Source: Mobula hypostoma (Eukaryota). From it: a stretch of DNA of 64,000 bases. Within the stretch, counting starts at the first letter, position 1, and each line of letters begins with the position of its first letter. The translations under genes were made by a program, and so were the position numbers. The notes beneath the pieces are model-generated. The model saw only the letters and a list, made by a program, of their open reading frames with translations. It was not told the DNA's origin and ran no database searches. This document shows, in pieces, positions 25,210 to 37,979 of this stretch. The DNA is taken from NCBI RefSeq assembly GCF_963921235.1, contig NC_086097.1:372001-436000 (forward strand), read 5' to 3'.

Positions 25210-28200
25210 AACTGAAGGAAGAGTGAATAAAGGATTTGAAAGTTGGAGGGGGAGGGGGAGATCCAAAATGATAGGAGAAGACAGGAGGGGGAGGGATAGA
25301 GCCGAGAGCTGGACAGGTGATAGGCAAAAGGGGATACGAGAGGATCATGGGACAGGAGGTCCGGGAAGAAAGACAAGGGGCGGGGGGTTGACCCAGAGGA
25401 TGGGCAAGAGGTATATTCAGAGGGACAGAGGGAGAAAAAGGAGAGTGAGAGAAAGAATGTGTGCATAAAAATGAGTAACAGATGGGGTACGAGGGGGAAG
25501 TGGGGCCTTAGTGGAAGTTAGAGAAGTCGATGTTCATGCCATCAGGTTGGAGGCTACCCAGACGGAATATAAGGTGTTGTTCCTCCAACCTGAGTGTGGC
25601 TTCATCTCCACAGTAGAGGAGGCCGTGGACAGACATGTCAGAATGGGAATGAGATGTGGAATTAAAATGTGTGGCCACTGGGAGATCCTGCTTTCTCTGG
25701 CGGACAGAGCGTAGATGTTCAGCAAAGCGGTCTCCCAGTCTGCGTCGGGTCTCACCAATATATAAGAGGCCACATCGGGAGCACCGGACGCAGTATATCA
25801 CCCCAGTCGACTCACAGGTGAAGTGATGCCTCACCTGGAAGGACTGTTTGGGGCCCTGAATGGTGGTAAGGGAGGAAGTGTAAGGGCATGTGTAGCACTT
25901 GTTCCGCTTACACGGATAAGTACCAGGAGGGAGATCAGTGGGGAGGGATGGGGGGGACGAATGGACAAGGGAGTTGTGTAGGGAGCGATCCCTGCGGAAT
26001 GCAAGGGGGGGAGGGAAAGATGTGCTTAGTGGTGGGATCCCGCTGGAGGTGGCGGAAGTTACGGAGAATAATATGTTGGACCCGGAGGCTGGTGGGGTGG
26101 TAGGTGAGGACCAGGGGAACCCTATTCTTAGTGGGGTGGCGGGAGGATGGAGTGAGAGCAGATGTACGTGAAATGGGGGAGATGCGTTTAAGAGCAGAGT
26201 TGATAGTGGAGGAAGGGAAGCCCCTTTCTTTAAAAAAAGAAGACATCTCCCTCGTCCTAGAATGAAAAGCCTCATCCTGAGAGCAGGTGCGGCGGAGACG
26301 GAGGAATTGCGAGAAGGGGATGGCGTTTTTGCAAGAGACGGGGTGAGAAGAGGAATAGTCCAGATAGCTGTGAGAGTCAGTGGGCTTATAGTAGACATCA
26401 GTGGATAAGCTGTCTCCAGAGACAGAGACAGAAAGATCTAGAAAGGGGAGGGAGGTGTCGGAAATGGACCAGGTAAACTTGAGGGCAGGGTGAAAGTTGG
26501 AGGCAAAGTTAATAAAGTCAACGAGTTCTGCATGCGTGCAGGAAGCAGCGCCAATGCAGTCGTCGATGTAGCGAGGGAAAAGTGGGGGACAGATACCAGA
26601 ATAGGCACGGAACATAGATTGTTCCACAAACCCAACAAAAATGCAGGCATAGCTAGGACCCATACGGGTGCCCATAGCTACACCTTTAGTTTGGAGGAAG
26701 TGGGAGGAGCCAAAGGAGAAATTATTAAGAGTAAGGACTAATTCCGCTAGACGGAACAGAGTGGTGGTAGAGGGGAACTGATTAGGTCAGGAATCCAAAA
26801 AGAAGCGTAGAGCTTTTAGACCTTCCTGATGGGGGATGGAAGTATATTAAGGACTGGACATCCATGGTGAAAATAAAGCGGTGGGGGCCAGGGAACTTAA
26901 AATCATCAAAAAGTTTAAGAGCGTGAGAAGTGTCACGAACATAGGTTGGAAGGGATTGAACAAGGGGTGATAAAACAGTGTCGAGGTATGCAGAAATGAG
27001 TTCGGTGGGGCAGGAGCAAGCTGAGACAATAGGTCGGCCAAGACAGGCAGGTTTGTGGATCTTGGGTAGGAGGTAGAAACGGGAAGTGTGGGGTGTGGGA
27101 ACTATAAGGTTGGTAGCAGTGGATGGGAGATCCCCTGAGCAGATAAAGTCGGTGATGGTGTGGGAGACAATGGCCTGGTGCTCCTTAGTGGGGTCACGAT
27201 CGAGGGGTAAATAAGAGGAGGTATCCGCGAGTTGTCGCTGTGCCTCGGCAAGGTAGAGGTCAGTACGCCAGACTACAACAGCACCCCCCTTATCGGCGGG
27301 TTTAATAATAAGGTTAGGATTAGTGCGGAGGGAGTGGAGAGCAGAGCGTTCCGAAGGAGTGAGGTTGGAATGGGGACAAGGTGCGGTGAAGTCGAGACGG
27401 TTGATGTCCCGTCGGCAGTTAGCAATAAAGAGATCCAGAGCAGGCAGAAGACCAGAGCGGGGTGTCCATGAAGAAGAGGAGGGTTGAAGACGGGAGAAGG
27501 GGTCATCGGTAGGGGTGGAAGAGTCCTTGCCGAAGAAGTAGGCTCGGAGACGGAGACGGCGGAAGAAAAGTTCCGCATCGTGGCGAACACGGGACTCGCT
27601 GAGGTGTGGGCGAAGGGGGACAAACGTGAGGCCCTTACTGAGAACAGAGCGTTCTGCCTCCGACAGTTGAAGGTCGGAGGGGATGGTAAAGGCCCGGCAC
27701 GGATGACAGCTGGGATCAGAGGAGGGAGGGGGGAGGGGGGAGGCTGGTGGTGTCAGTGGAGAGGGGAGGGTTGGGGTGAGAGGAAGATGGAGCCTCTGAG
27801 GGCCCAGGAGTTGACGGTGGGATCTGAGGAAGACTCTGCATTCCGCAGGGATCGCTCCCTACACAACTCCCTTGTCCATTCGTCCCCCCCATCCCTCCCC
27901 ACTGATCTCCCTCCTGGCACTTATCCGTGTAAGCGGAACAAGTGCTACGCATGCCCTTACACTTGCTCCCTTACCACCATTCAGGGCCCCAAACAGTCCT
28001 TCCAGGTGAGGCATCACTTCACCTGTGAGTTGACTGGGGTGATATACTGCGTCCGGTGCTCCCGATGTGGCCTTTTATATATTGGCGAGACCCGACGCAG
28101 ACTGGGAGACCGCTTTGCTGAACATCTACGCTCTGTCCGCCAGAGAAAGCAGGATCTCCCAGTGGCCACACATTTTAATTCCACATCCCATTCCCATTCT

Positions 28201-28626
28201 GACATGTCTATCCACGGCCTCCTCTACTGTAGAGATGAAGTCACACTCAGGTTGGAGGAACAACACCTTATATTCCGTCTGGGTAGCCTCCAATCTGATG
28301 GCATGAACATCAACTTCTCTAACTTCCGCTAAGGCCCCACTTCCCCCTCGTACCCCATCTGTTACTCATTTTTATGCACACATTCTTTCTCTCACTCTCC
28401 TTTTTCTCCCTCTGTCCCTCTGAATATACCTCTTGCCCATCCTCTGGGTCACCCCCCCCTTGTCTTTCTTCCCCGACCTCCTGTCCCATGATCCTCTCGT
28501 ATCCCCTTTTGCCTATCACCTGTCCAGCTCTTGGCTCTATCCCTCCCCCTCCTGTCTTCTCCTATCATTTTGGATCTCCCCCTCCCCCTCCTACTTTAAA
28601 ATCCCTTACTCACTCTTCCTTCAGTT

Positions 28627-28662
28627 AGTCCTGACGAAGGGTCTCGGCCTGAAACGTCGACT
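28627..28662 (+). ncRNA. Minimal type I hammerhead ribozyme motif, intact core
   Basis: agtc-CTGACGA-agg gtctcgg cct-GAAA-cGTC-gact. Stem I is agtc/gact, stem II is agg/cct, the palindrome ACGT replaces stem III, and the cleavage triplet is GUC (28656-28658). Confidence 0.85.
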
Positions 28663-31600
28663 GCACCTCTTCCTACAGATGCTGCTTGGCCTGCTGCGTT
28701 CACCAGCAACTTTGATGTATGTTGCTTGAATTTCCAGCATCTGCAGAATTCCTGTTGTTTTCTGAAAGTACCAACCCCACTTCTTTCTCCCACTTCTCTT
28801 TAATATACAGTGTATTTACATTTTTAGCATGGGAGAGTGCATTATATACTCGAGAAACTGATTTACCAGGTATTGAACTGCAAGCTGAATTCAGAATCTT
28901 GAAAAATTCTAATTCTACTGTTGATAGGTCTGTATATCTACAACTCTGGTTAACATAGTTTCGTACTTGAAGGTACCTGAAAAAGTCATTATGTTCTTGG
29001 CCATGTTTGTCCTGCAGGATTTGGAAACTTTGTAATACTCTTTTATCTATAAATGAGAGGTAGGTTGTAAGACCTTTCTTTATCCATAGCTCAAATCTTT
29101 TATCTCCTCTGTTGGGAAGGAATTCGGTATCATATGCACACCATCTAAAAAGTTTTAACATGTTATTAATTCCACATGAATTAACCACCTTCTGCCATAC
29201 TTTTAATGTAAGATTTATCCAACTGTTTTTAAATTTTTCCAACTGGGCCATCAATCCTTTATCAGCTATTGAGGCCTGTAGAGGAAAACTGTCAACTAAT
29301 CCAAATTCTATTTCCTTCCATCTAGCCTTATATTCCCTATTACACCAATATAACAGAGGGGTTATCTGTGAGGCATAAAAATAATTTCTCAGGCAAGGAA
29401 GAACCATACTCCTCCTTCCTTCCCTAACTGTAAGGTGTTATGTTGAATTCTAGGTTTCTTTCCTTGCCAAATGAAGCGGGAAATCCAATTGTCCCATTCC
29501 CTGAATTGATTATCATCCACCTCTACCGGTAAAGTATGGAAAAGATACAATAACCGAGGAAGAATATTCATTTTTATAGTATTTATCCTTGAATTTAAAC
29601 TTAAAAAGGGGATAAGATTCCATCTATGCATATCTGCTTTTATCTCTGAGATTAATGGCCCATAATTTACCTGTGACAGTGTTGAAAGATCCTTCGGCAG
29701 GGTTATTCCTAAATATTTTAATGATTTAGCTTCCCACTTAAGATCGTATGTATCCTGCAATTTTTTGGATGGTGTATAATTTAGGGACATAAGCTGCGTT
29801 TTCTTTACATTTATTTTATAACCTGATATTTTCCCAAAGTCATCCAACAGTGTAAACGATCCTATAAATGATTTTTCTGGTTCACTCAGATAGACCAAAA
29901 CATCATCTGCGAATAACGCCACTTTCTGTTCAATCCCTGCCACCTTGATACCTTTTACGATTTCGCTCTGTCTTATTAGTTGGGCAAGCAGTTCAATATA
30001 TAGCGCAAAAAGGAGAGGAGAAATTGGGCATCCCTGTCTAGTGCCTCTCTCTAAGATGAAGGAGTCAGAGAGGTCCCCATTTATCTTAATTCGGGCTGTA
30101 GGGCTGTCATATAGAGTCTGAATTACTTTAATAAACTTTTCTTGAAAGCCGAATCTTCCTAACACTCTGTATAGGAATGCCCAACTAACCGAATCAAAAG
30201 CTTTCTCAACGTCCAATCCTACTACCATTGTCTCTGTCTCGTTCTTATTAACCTGTTCTAATATGTGCAGAGTTCTCCTTATGTTGTCCTGTGTTTGTCT
30301 TTGTTGAATAAATCCAGTCTGGTCTAAGTGGATTAGGCCAGGTAAAAGCTTTTCCAATCTACATGCTAATATAGATGTAAATAGTTTGTAATCTAAATTA
30401 AGAACACTAATTGGCCGATAATTGCCACATTCCAGTTTATCTTTACCCTCTTTAGGAATAACTGAAATAATCGCTTCTCTCCAGGAAGGTGGAGTTTCTC
30501 CTCTCTGCAAGATCCAATTAAAGGTGTTAAGTAGTAATGGGGCTAACTGTGTCTTCAGGGACTTAAACCACTTTGAGGTAAACCCATCAGAACCCGGGGA
30601 CTTTCCAGCCTTTAACCTAGAGATGGCCACGTTCAGTTCTTTGACAGTTACTGGTTCTAATAAACTTTCATTTTGTAAATCTGTAAGTTTAGGTAGATCT
30701 AAAAAATTCGATACACTGTCTATATAGGGCTCATTGGGGGCCCGGGGTTGGGAGTACAGCTCTCGATAATATGTTTCAAAACTCTCTTGAATTTTCCCTC
30801 TTGTACTCTCCACAAGCTTTGTCTTTGGATTCTTTATTTTATGAATTGTATTGTCTGCTTGTTGTTTTCGTAATTTATATGCTAATAATCTAGCTGATTT
30901 ACCTCCTACTTCATAATTCTTTTGTCTCAGGTAAAGAAAATTTCTTTGAGTTTCCAACGTATAAATATCATCATTTCACTTTGCAATTTCCTAATTTCCT
31001 GTTTACGATTTGAATTACTTTTGTTGCTATCTCCAACTTGAAGTTGTTTTAATTTTCCTCGAAGGTCTGCTAATTTTTGTGCATTGATTTTTTTCATGTG
31101 AGTGGTAATGGAAATAATTTTCCCTCTCAGTGCAGCTTTCAATGTATCCCATAAGATCACTGGTGATGTTTCTCCCGTGTCATTAAGGTCCAGATATTCT
31201 TTGATTTCTCCCCTTAATCTCTCCATTACTTTCGGGTTATTGAGTATATGAGAGTTTAGCCTCCATAGTGTTTTCCTCATTTTCCTTTCCAGGATTAGAG
31301 ACATAGAGACTGGGCTATGATCCGACAGATCAGTTGTTGCAATATTACAGTTTTTTATCCTGAGTCTATCTGTATTAAAGATAAAGAAATAGTCTATCCT
31401 TGAATAGGCTGAATGAGGGAAAGAGTAATGTGTATAATCTTTACTAGTAGGGTGTAATTCCCTCTAGACATCTATAATTCCCAACTCCCTCATCAATGAA
31501 TTCATTTTCCGAGTCAGAGATTTATTCTGAGTAACTATTCTTGAAGAATCTAATACAGGATTTAATCTAATATTAAAATCCCCTCCACAAATTACTACCC

Positions 31601-32368
31601 CTTGAGAACTGACCATTAGGTCAAAAATGTGTCTATAAAATGACCATTCACAACCTGGAGGAGCATAAACATTCAGCAATGTTATTTCTGTACCTTCTAT
31701 TCTTCCTGTGATTTTTACAAACCGTCCTTCTTTGTCTTTAGTCTCTGAAATATGTTCATAATTAAGAGTACTTGATATTAAAGTAGCTACCCCTCTTTTG
31801 TGACTCAATTTATATGATGAATAAAATACATGCTTAAAGCCCATTCTTTTTAAATTTCTATGTTCAGATTGGCTCATATGTGTTTCCTGGAGGAAAGCTA
31901 TTTGTGCCCTCTCTTTTTTCAATTTAGACATAATCTTATTTCTTTTAATTGGATTCAAAGCCCCATTAACATTATAGGAAATTATTTTTACCAATTCAAT
32001 TTGCATTTTTCTCCAGTAGAAAAAAAGCACTCTCCTTTTCTAACCAAACAGTAAGCAATCCCTTCTCAACAGTAAACCAAGACATATAACCACACCCTAG
32101 ACATTTTTGAACGTGTAACATTTGAAAATTTTTCCCGACTTCCCACAGTGAGGCCTGAGCACCGACCCGCCTCAGTTCAGAGGGATAACCTCTATCTTCA
32201 CCCTGTGTTAGAGGGCTCTCAGCAGTTTGAATAATCATAGAGAATTTTCTCCTATTTATGTCTCGACCATATTGCTGTCATTCAAGTTATTCTGCCTAGT
32301 TTATTTTCAGTTACCAGTTTTCATTTTACCTTTAAATCCGATTTACTCTTTTCAGTCATTTCTCTTAA

Positions 32369-33331
32369 TTAATCTGTATTCTCTGTACATTCGCGTCTGA
32401 ATATTTGCAGCTTTTCCTTGTAGTTTGACACTCTGGTTCGTGTGGAGCGTACTCGCCCCACTAACTGCCACGACTTCTGCCGAATCCTCTCCAGTAGCGA
32501 CTCCGGTTGGGTGATAACTTTAATAGGTAGTCCGCGGTCCGCCAGGTCCAACGTTGCCTCCTCCACCGTAGCGTAAGTTTTTGTCCCTTCGTCATAAAGA
32601 CTCTCAGCCAAGCTGGATACAGGGTCTGGAATCTGATGTTGTTTTCCTTCAGAACTCTCCGTGTTTCCGTGTATTCCTTCTGTCTGGCAAGAATCCCCGG
32701 TGCGTAGTCGTGGTCTAAACTGATTTTACATTTGTTCCACATGAAACCTTTATTTTGCCATGCCCTTTTAAGCACCTCTTCCTTCGTTCTGTAACTGAGA
32801 AATCTGACCAGAATCGATCTGGGCTGGGCGCCTGCCGGTGAGCCCTTTCTATCTGTAGGTCTTTTGCGTCGGTATATCAAGGTTCTCTCTAAGCAGCTTC
32901 TCTATGAAGGGAATCATCAATCCGGGTTTACCTTCGGTTCCTTCGGGAACTCCGTAAATCCTCACATTTTCCCTTCTTGAGCGGCCTTCTTGATCTATTA
33001 GTTTCCACTGGAGCTGGTCTTGCAGCTTCAGCATTTCTGCTATCACTTCCTCGACGTTTTGTAGCTTCTCTTCAATTCCAACAATTCTCGCTTCAGCTTC
33101 ATCTATCCGCGAGTTAGTTTTTACTATTTCTCTTTTAATATCTTCCAGCTGTTTGCTGTTATCTTGTCAGAACTCGCGAATCTCTCCGAGAATCAAAGAC
33201 AGAGTCACCGATTCCCCCTCATTATCTCCGTCCTGGCTTGCCGTGGGGGAGCTAGGCCCGTCACCTTTCTGCGTCTCTTTATGTTTATCAGCCTTCGGAG
33301 CGGACTTTTTAATCTTGTTCTTAGACATCAT
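32369..33331 (-). pseudogene. L1 ORF1 (coiled coil, RRM, CTD), disrupted by a stop and frameshifts
   Basis: DQEGRSRRENVRIYGVPEG, PRSILVRFL and DHDY motifs are spread over ORFs 32849-33046, 32461-32880 and 32369-32611. Confidence 0.9.
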
Positions 33332-36300
33332 CCTTGCCCCTTTTATTAATATAGTTATGCAATATTAAGTATTTGTCTGAATTCGACTTTGGGGCAGTTT
33401 ACCTTCTTTTTTGTCGAGAGACCTTCTCCTTACGTCGCCATTCCCTTAATGACCCGGAAGTCCCCCCTCTCCCTTAATATCAACATGCTCCAGAACATCA
33501 ACCTCACTCATATTGTCTTCACCATCATCAAGTTCCCTCTCATTGGTGAATACCAAAGAGAAGTATTCACTGAGGACCTTGCTCACTTCCACATCCTCCA
33601 GGCACATCTTCCCACCTTTATCTCTAATCGGTCCTACCTACACTCCTGACGTCCTTTTGTTCTTCACATAATTGAAGAATGCCTTGTGGTTTTCCTTTAC
33701 CCTACTCGCCAAGGCCGTCTCATGCCCCCTTCTTGCTCTCCTCAGCCCCTTCTTAAGCTCCTTTCTTGCTACCCTATATTCCTCAATAGACCCATCTGAT
33801 CCTTGCTTCCTAAACCTCATGTATGCTGCCTTCTTCCACCTGACTAAATTCTCCACCTCACTTGTCACCCATGGTTCCTTCATCCTACCATTCTTTACCT
33901 TCCTCACCGCGACAAATTTATCCCTAACATCCTGCAAGAGATCCCTAAACATCGACCACATGTCCATAGTACATTTCCCTGTAAAAACATCATCCCAATT
34001 CACTCTCGCAAGTTCTAGCCTTATAGCCTCATAATTTGCCCTTCCCCAATTAAAAATGTTCCTGTCCTCTCTGATTCTATTCTTTTCCATGATAATGCTA
34101 AAGGCCAGGGAGCAGTGGTCACTGTCCCCCAGATGCTCGCCCATTGAGGGATCTGTGACCTGACTCGGTTCGTTACCTAATACTAGATATAGTATGGCAT
34201 TCCCTCTAGTCGGCTTGTCAACATACTGTGACAGGAATCCGTCCTGGACACAATTAACGAACTCTGCCCCATCTAAAGCATTGGAACTAATCAGGTGCCA
34301 ATCAGTATTAGGGAAGTTAAAGTCACCCGTGATAGCAACCCTGTTATTTTTGCACCTTTTGAAAATCTGCCTCCCAATCTGCTCCTTGGTATCTCTGCTG
34401 CTACCAGGGAGCCTATAGAATACTCCCAATAGAGTAACTGCTCCCTTCCTCTTCCTGACTTCCACCCATACTGACACAAAAGAGGATCCTGCTACATTAC
34501 CCACCCTTTCTGTAGCTGTAATAGTATCCCTGAGCAGCAATGCCACCTCTCCTCCCCTTTTTCCGCCCTCTCTATCCCTTTTAAAGCACTGAAATACCAA
34601 TTTCCAATTTCCCCTGGGATCAATAAAGTATGACTATGACTAAATCCAGGAATATTGAGAATCCAATCCTGCCCTGGTGCCAGCCAAGTCTCTGTAATGG
34701 TCACTACATCATAATTCCATGTATGTATCCAAGCTCTCAGTTCATCACCTTTGTTCATGATGCTTCTTGCATTAAAGTACACGCACTTTAGCCCTTCTAC
34801 CTTACTGCCTTTACACCCTTTAATCTGTTTCTCTTTCCTCAAAGCCTCTTTATATGTTAGATCTGGCTTTTTTAAATACTTTATACTTTATTGTCACCAA
34901 ACAATTGATACTAGAGTGTACAATTATCACAGTGATATTTGATTTGGCGCTTCACGCTCCCTGGAGTACTCCCTGGCTTTACTCCATGCACTATACTTGC
35001 AGTTCTCGCTTGACCTTTATCCTCCTCCACCTCACTATCTGCTCTAACACTCTGGTTCCCCTCACCCTGGAAATCTAGTTTAAACCAACCCCCCCCCACC
35101 CCCCCCAGAGCAGCACTAGCAAACCTTCCCACAAGGATGTTAGTCCCCCTCCAGTTCAGGTGCAACCCGTCCCGTCGGAACAGTTCCCATCTTCCCTGGA
35201 ACAAGGCCCTATTGTCCAGAAACATGAAGCCCTCCCTCCTGCACCAACTCCTTAGCCACGTATTTAGCTTCATTAGCTTCCTATTCCTAGCCTCACTAGC
35301 ACGTGGCACAGGTGGCGATCCTGAGATTGCAACCCTGGAGGTCCTGTCCTTCAACTTTGCAACTAACTCCCTAAATTCTCTTTGTAGGACCTTCTGCTTC
35401 TTCCTATCCACGTCATTGGTCCTTACATGGACCACGACATCTGGCTGCTCACCCTCCCTCGAGAGTACTGAGAACTCGATCCGAGATATCACAGACCCTG
35501 GCACCAGGGAGGCAACAGACCATCCGGGATTCTCGATCTCTTCCACAGAACCTCTTATCTGTCCCCCTAACTATCGAATCCCCTATCACTACTGCTCTCC
35601 TCTTTTCCCTCCTTCCCTTCTGAGCTGAGGGTCCAGTCTCGGTCCCAGAGATGCAACCACTACAACTTGTCCCTGGTAGGTTGTCCCCACCAACAGAATC
35701 CAAAATGGTATACTTATTATTGATGGGAACGGCCACAGGGGTGCTCTGCTCATTCTGTCTATTCCCCTTCCCTCTCCTGACAGTCACCCAGCTACCTGCC
35801 TCCTGACTTTTACGGGTGACTGTCTCCCTGTAACTCCTGTCTATTTCTGCCTCACGAATGATCTGAAGTTCATCCAGCTCCAGCTCCAGTTCCCTAACTC
35901 GGTTTGTCAGGAGCTGCTGCTGGATGCACCTTTTACAGGTGTAGTCATCAGGGACAATTGTGCCCACCCTGAATTCCCACATACTGCAATCGCCTGCCCT
36001 AACTGATGCCTCCATTACCTACTTCTAAGTTAATTAGATTAATTAAAGGAACTTACCCAGTCTTACCTCACTGGGAGCAAGCTCGTCCTCAGTCTCTGCT
36101 CGCCAAAGCCTCTCGAGCCAAAGCCTTCCTACTCTGTCTCCCGTTACTCCGTCACCCGCTCTGTTAATCTGTTCGCTTTTTAAAGTCTCCCACTGTCTCA
36201 CAGGCCAACCTTCATGTGCTTGCTGACCTTCATGGTAATGCAGTTTATGTAAAATATGTACTGAATCAGATTACCTCGCAGAGGTATTGACAATAGAAGT

Positions 36301-37887
36301 CTATTCTGCAGAAAGAGCACCGTCAGCCCTTGTTCATGTTTGTCAAAGTGATAGCTACTCATACAACCCTGAAGAACAGAATCGGGCCTTTTTGGCCCAT
36401 TTCATCCAAACTGATTGTGATGCTTATTTATGCTAATTCCATTTTCGTGCATGAAGCCTGTATCCCTCTATGCCTTATCCAAATGTTTGTTACATGTCAA
36501 TTCTGTACCTGTGTCTTGAAGTCTTATGATAGTTCTAAGTGCTAATACCACTACCTCCTGCAGCATGTTCCAGTTAATGATCACCCACTCTGTGGGGAGA
36601 GAACCTATCCCTCATATCTCTGCTTCTCCCCTCCGACCTTAAACCTTTACCCTTTAGTTCTAGACTCCCTGTGCCTGGAAGAAGAACCTGACTCTACTTT
36701 GCCTTGGCCCCTCATAATTACATAAACCTCCGTGAGGTTGCCCCTTGGTCTCCTATGATGGTTAGAGGAGAGCAAGATCATGACAGGTGTAAAAAAGTTA
36801 AATAAAGAGGTGTTGCTGTTAGATGGTTTAAGACCCAGCAAACACTGAGTGGTGGGCAAAAAAAATACAAGAAGTATACAACAGAAAACAAACACGGAGG
36901 GTGGTTATACTATGGATTAAAACTCAAACAGGGCTTGAAGGAGTTTGATTGGCACTTGAAGTGAAAATGATTTGCAAGTCTGTGGAGAAAGATGAGTGGA
37001 ATGGGATCAATCAAATTGCTGTACAGGGTGTGAAAAGAGCCTCAAGTGACTGCATGGCTGCCTTCTATGTCATGACTCTTGATTCTTTGAACTGTGTCAC
37101 CTATACTGACCTTCCGTTATATTCCAAATTGTTCTATTTTGTCAGATGTAATTTGTCATTAGACCATAAGATTTCAGAGCAAATTAGGCCATTCAGCCCA
37201 TTGAGTCTGCTCCAGCTTTCCATCTTGGCTGATTTATTATCCCTCTCAACTCCATTCTCCTGCCTTCTCCCCATAACCTTTGATATCCTTACTAGTCCTT
37301 ACATTGGGTATATTGTGCAAGTATTAGAAAATGTTCCCACTTCAGCCGTTGTAGAGATAAAGCTAATAAGAAACATGCACAGGCAGATGAGCCCAGCCAC
37401 TGAGGAATGACTGCAGTGAGGACCATAAGACATAGGAGCAGTATTAGGCCATTCAGCCTGTTGAGTCTGGTCCGCCATTGCATCATGGCTGATCCTGGAT
37501 CCTGTCCAACCCATACACCTACCCTCTCACCATATCCCTTGATGTTCTGACCAATCAGGAATCTATCAATTTTTCCTCCTGAGGCTGAGGTAAATAACCT
37601 TCAAAGACAACAATCTTTCCCTTAGCTGGATATCACTTCAACCAGTAGAGAGCTCTACTACTTCCCATGTGTATGTCCTCCTCCTCACCCCTGCCCTTCC
37701 CCTTCACAGCGGGATACCCAGATTCTGACTTTCTGATTTCATTCAAAACCATATTATTTATGTGATTTGTCCATACAAATTTCTAGTCAGAGGCCAATTT
37801 TGGTGTTTTGATAGGAATTGATTCTGGAAATCAGTTGAAAAGTTGACCCGTATTTATGCTTCTTTTGTTGATCTTTGTTGTCTGCAG

Positions 37888-37979
37888 GGGATGGGAGCAG
37901 GTTGAAGTCAGCTGTAGTCCTTACCTTAAAGAAACCCCCAACTCGTTGTGGAACACTGAGGATCATATTAATGCCAAAT
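37888..37979 (+). CDS. POMT2: POMT2 internal exon, 92 bp
   Basis: tctgcag|G...AAAT|gtaagt. Encodes (W)[30 protein letters not shown]. Confidence 0.97.

Larger units (their letters stand above)
25076..28760 (-). mobile_element. Neptune-type Penelope-like element with inverted pLTR arms
   Basis: RT motifs on the minus strand (KPADKGG, LPKIHK, RPIVS, MGTRMGPSYA, RYIDD, LPFLD), a Cys linker CKRNKCYTC and GIY-YIG (VIYC...YIGET). Arms 25076-26003 and 27837-28760 are reverse complements. Confidence 0.95.
24654..32006 (-). pseudogene. L1 ORF2 (APE endonuclease, RT, CCHC), disrupted and split by Penelope
   Basis: SYNVNG, LQETH and GGDFN; GTRQGCPISPLLFAL and LFADD; RRCG...HIFWDCP. Confidence 0.93.
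24111..33465 (-). mobile_element. Full-length L1-clade LINE (about 5.7 kb without the nested Penelope)
   Basis: 15-bp TSD cctctcccttaatat at 24096-24110 and 33466-33480. AATAAA plus A tail at about 24111-24135. The 5' end reads GGGGACTTCCGG...AATGGCG. Two ORFs are present. Confidence 0.95.
22551..36200 (-). mobile_element. Apparently full-length CR1, split by L1 and small Rex tails
   Basis: ORF1 35449-36015 and 34911-35546 (esterase GDS, GLHLN), EN 33638-34842, RT 22502-24093. The frame is continuous across the L1 TSD. Confidence 0.9.

Noticed and set aside
27484..28332. 282-aa plus-strand GIY-YIG ORF as a domesticated nuclease
   Set aside because: The N-terminal part is the antisense of the Penelope RT running across the inversion junction at 27837. 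There is no evidence of an independent gene.
25076..28760. Long inverted arms as DNA-transposon TIRs
   Set aside because: There is no transposase and no TSD. The arms are duplicated Penelope 3' ends and the interior encodes RT.
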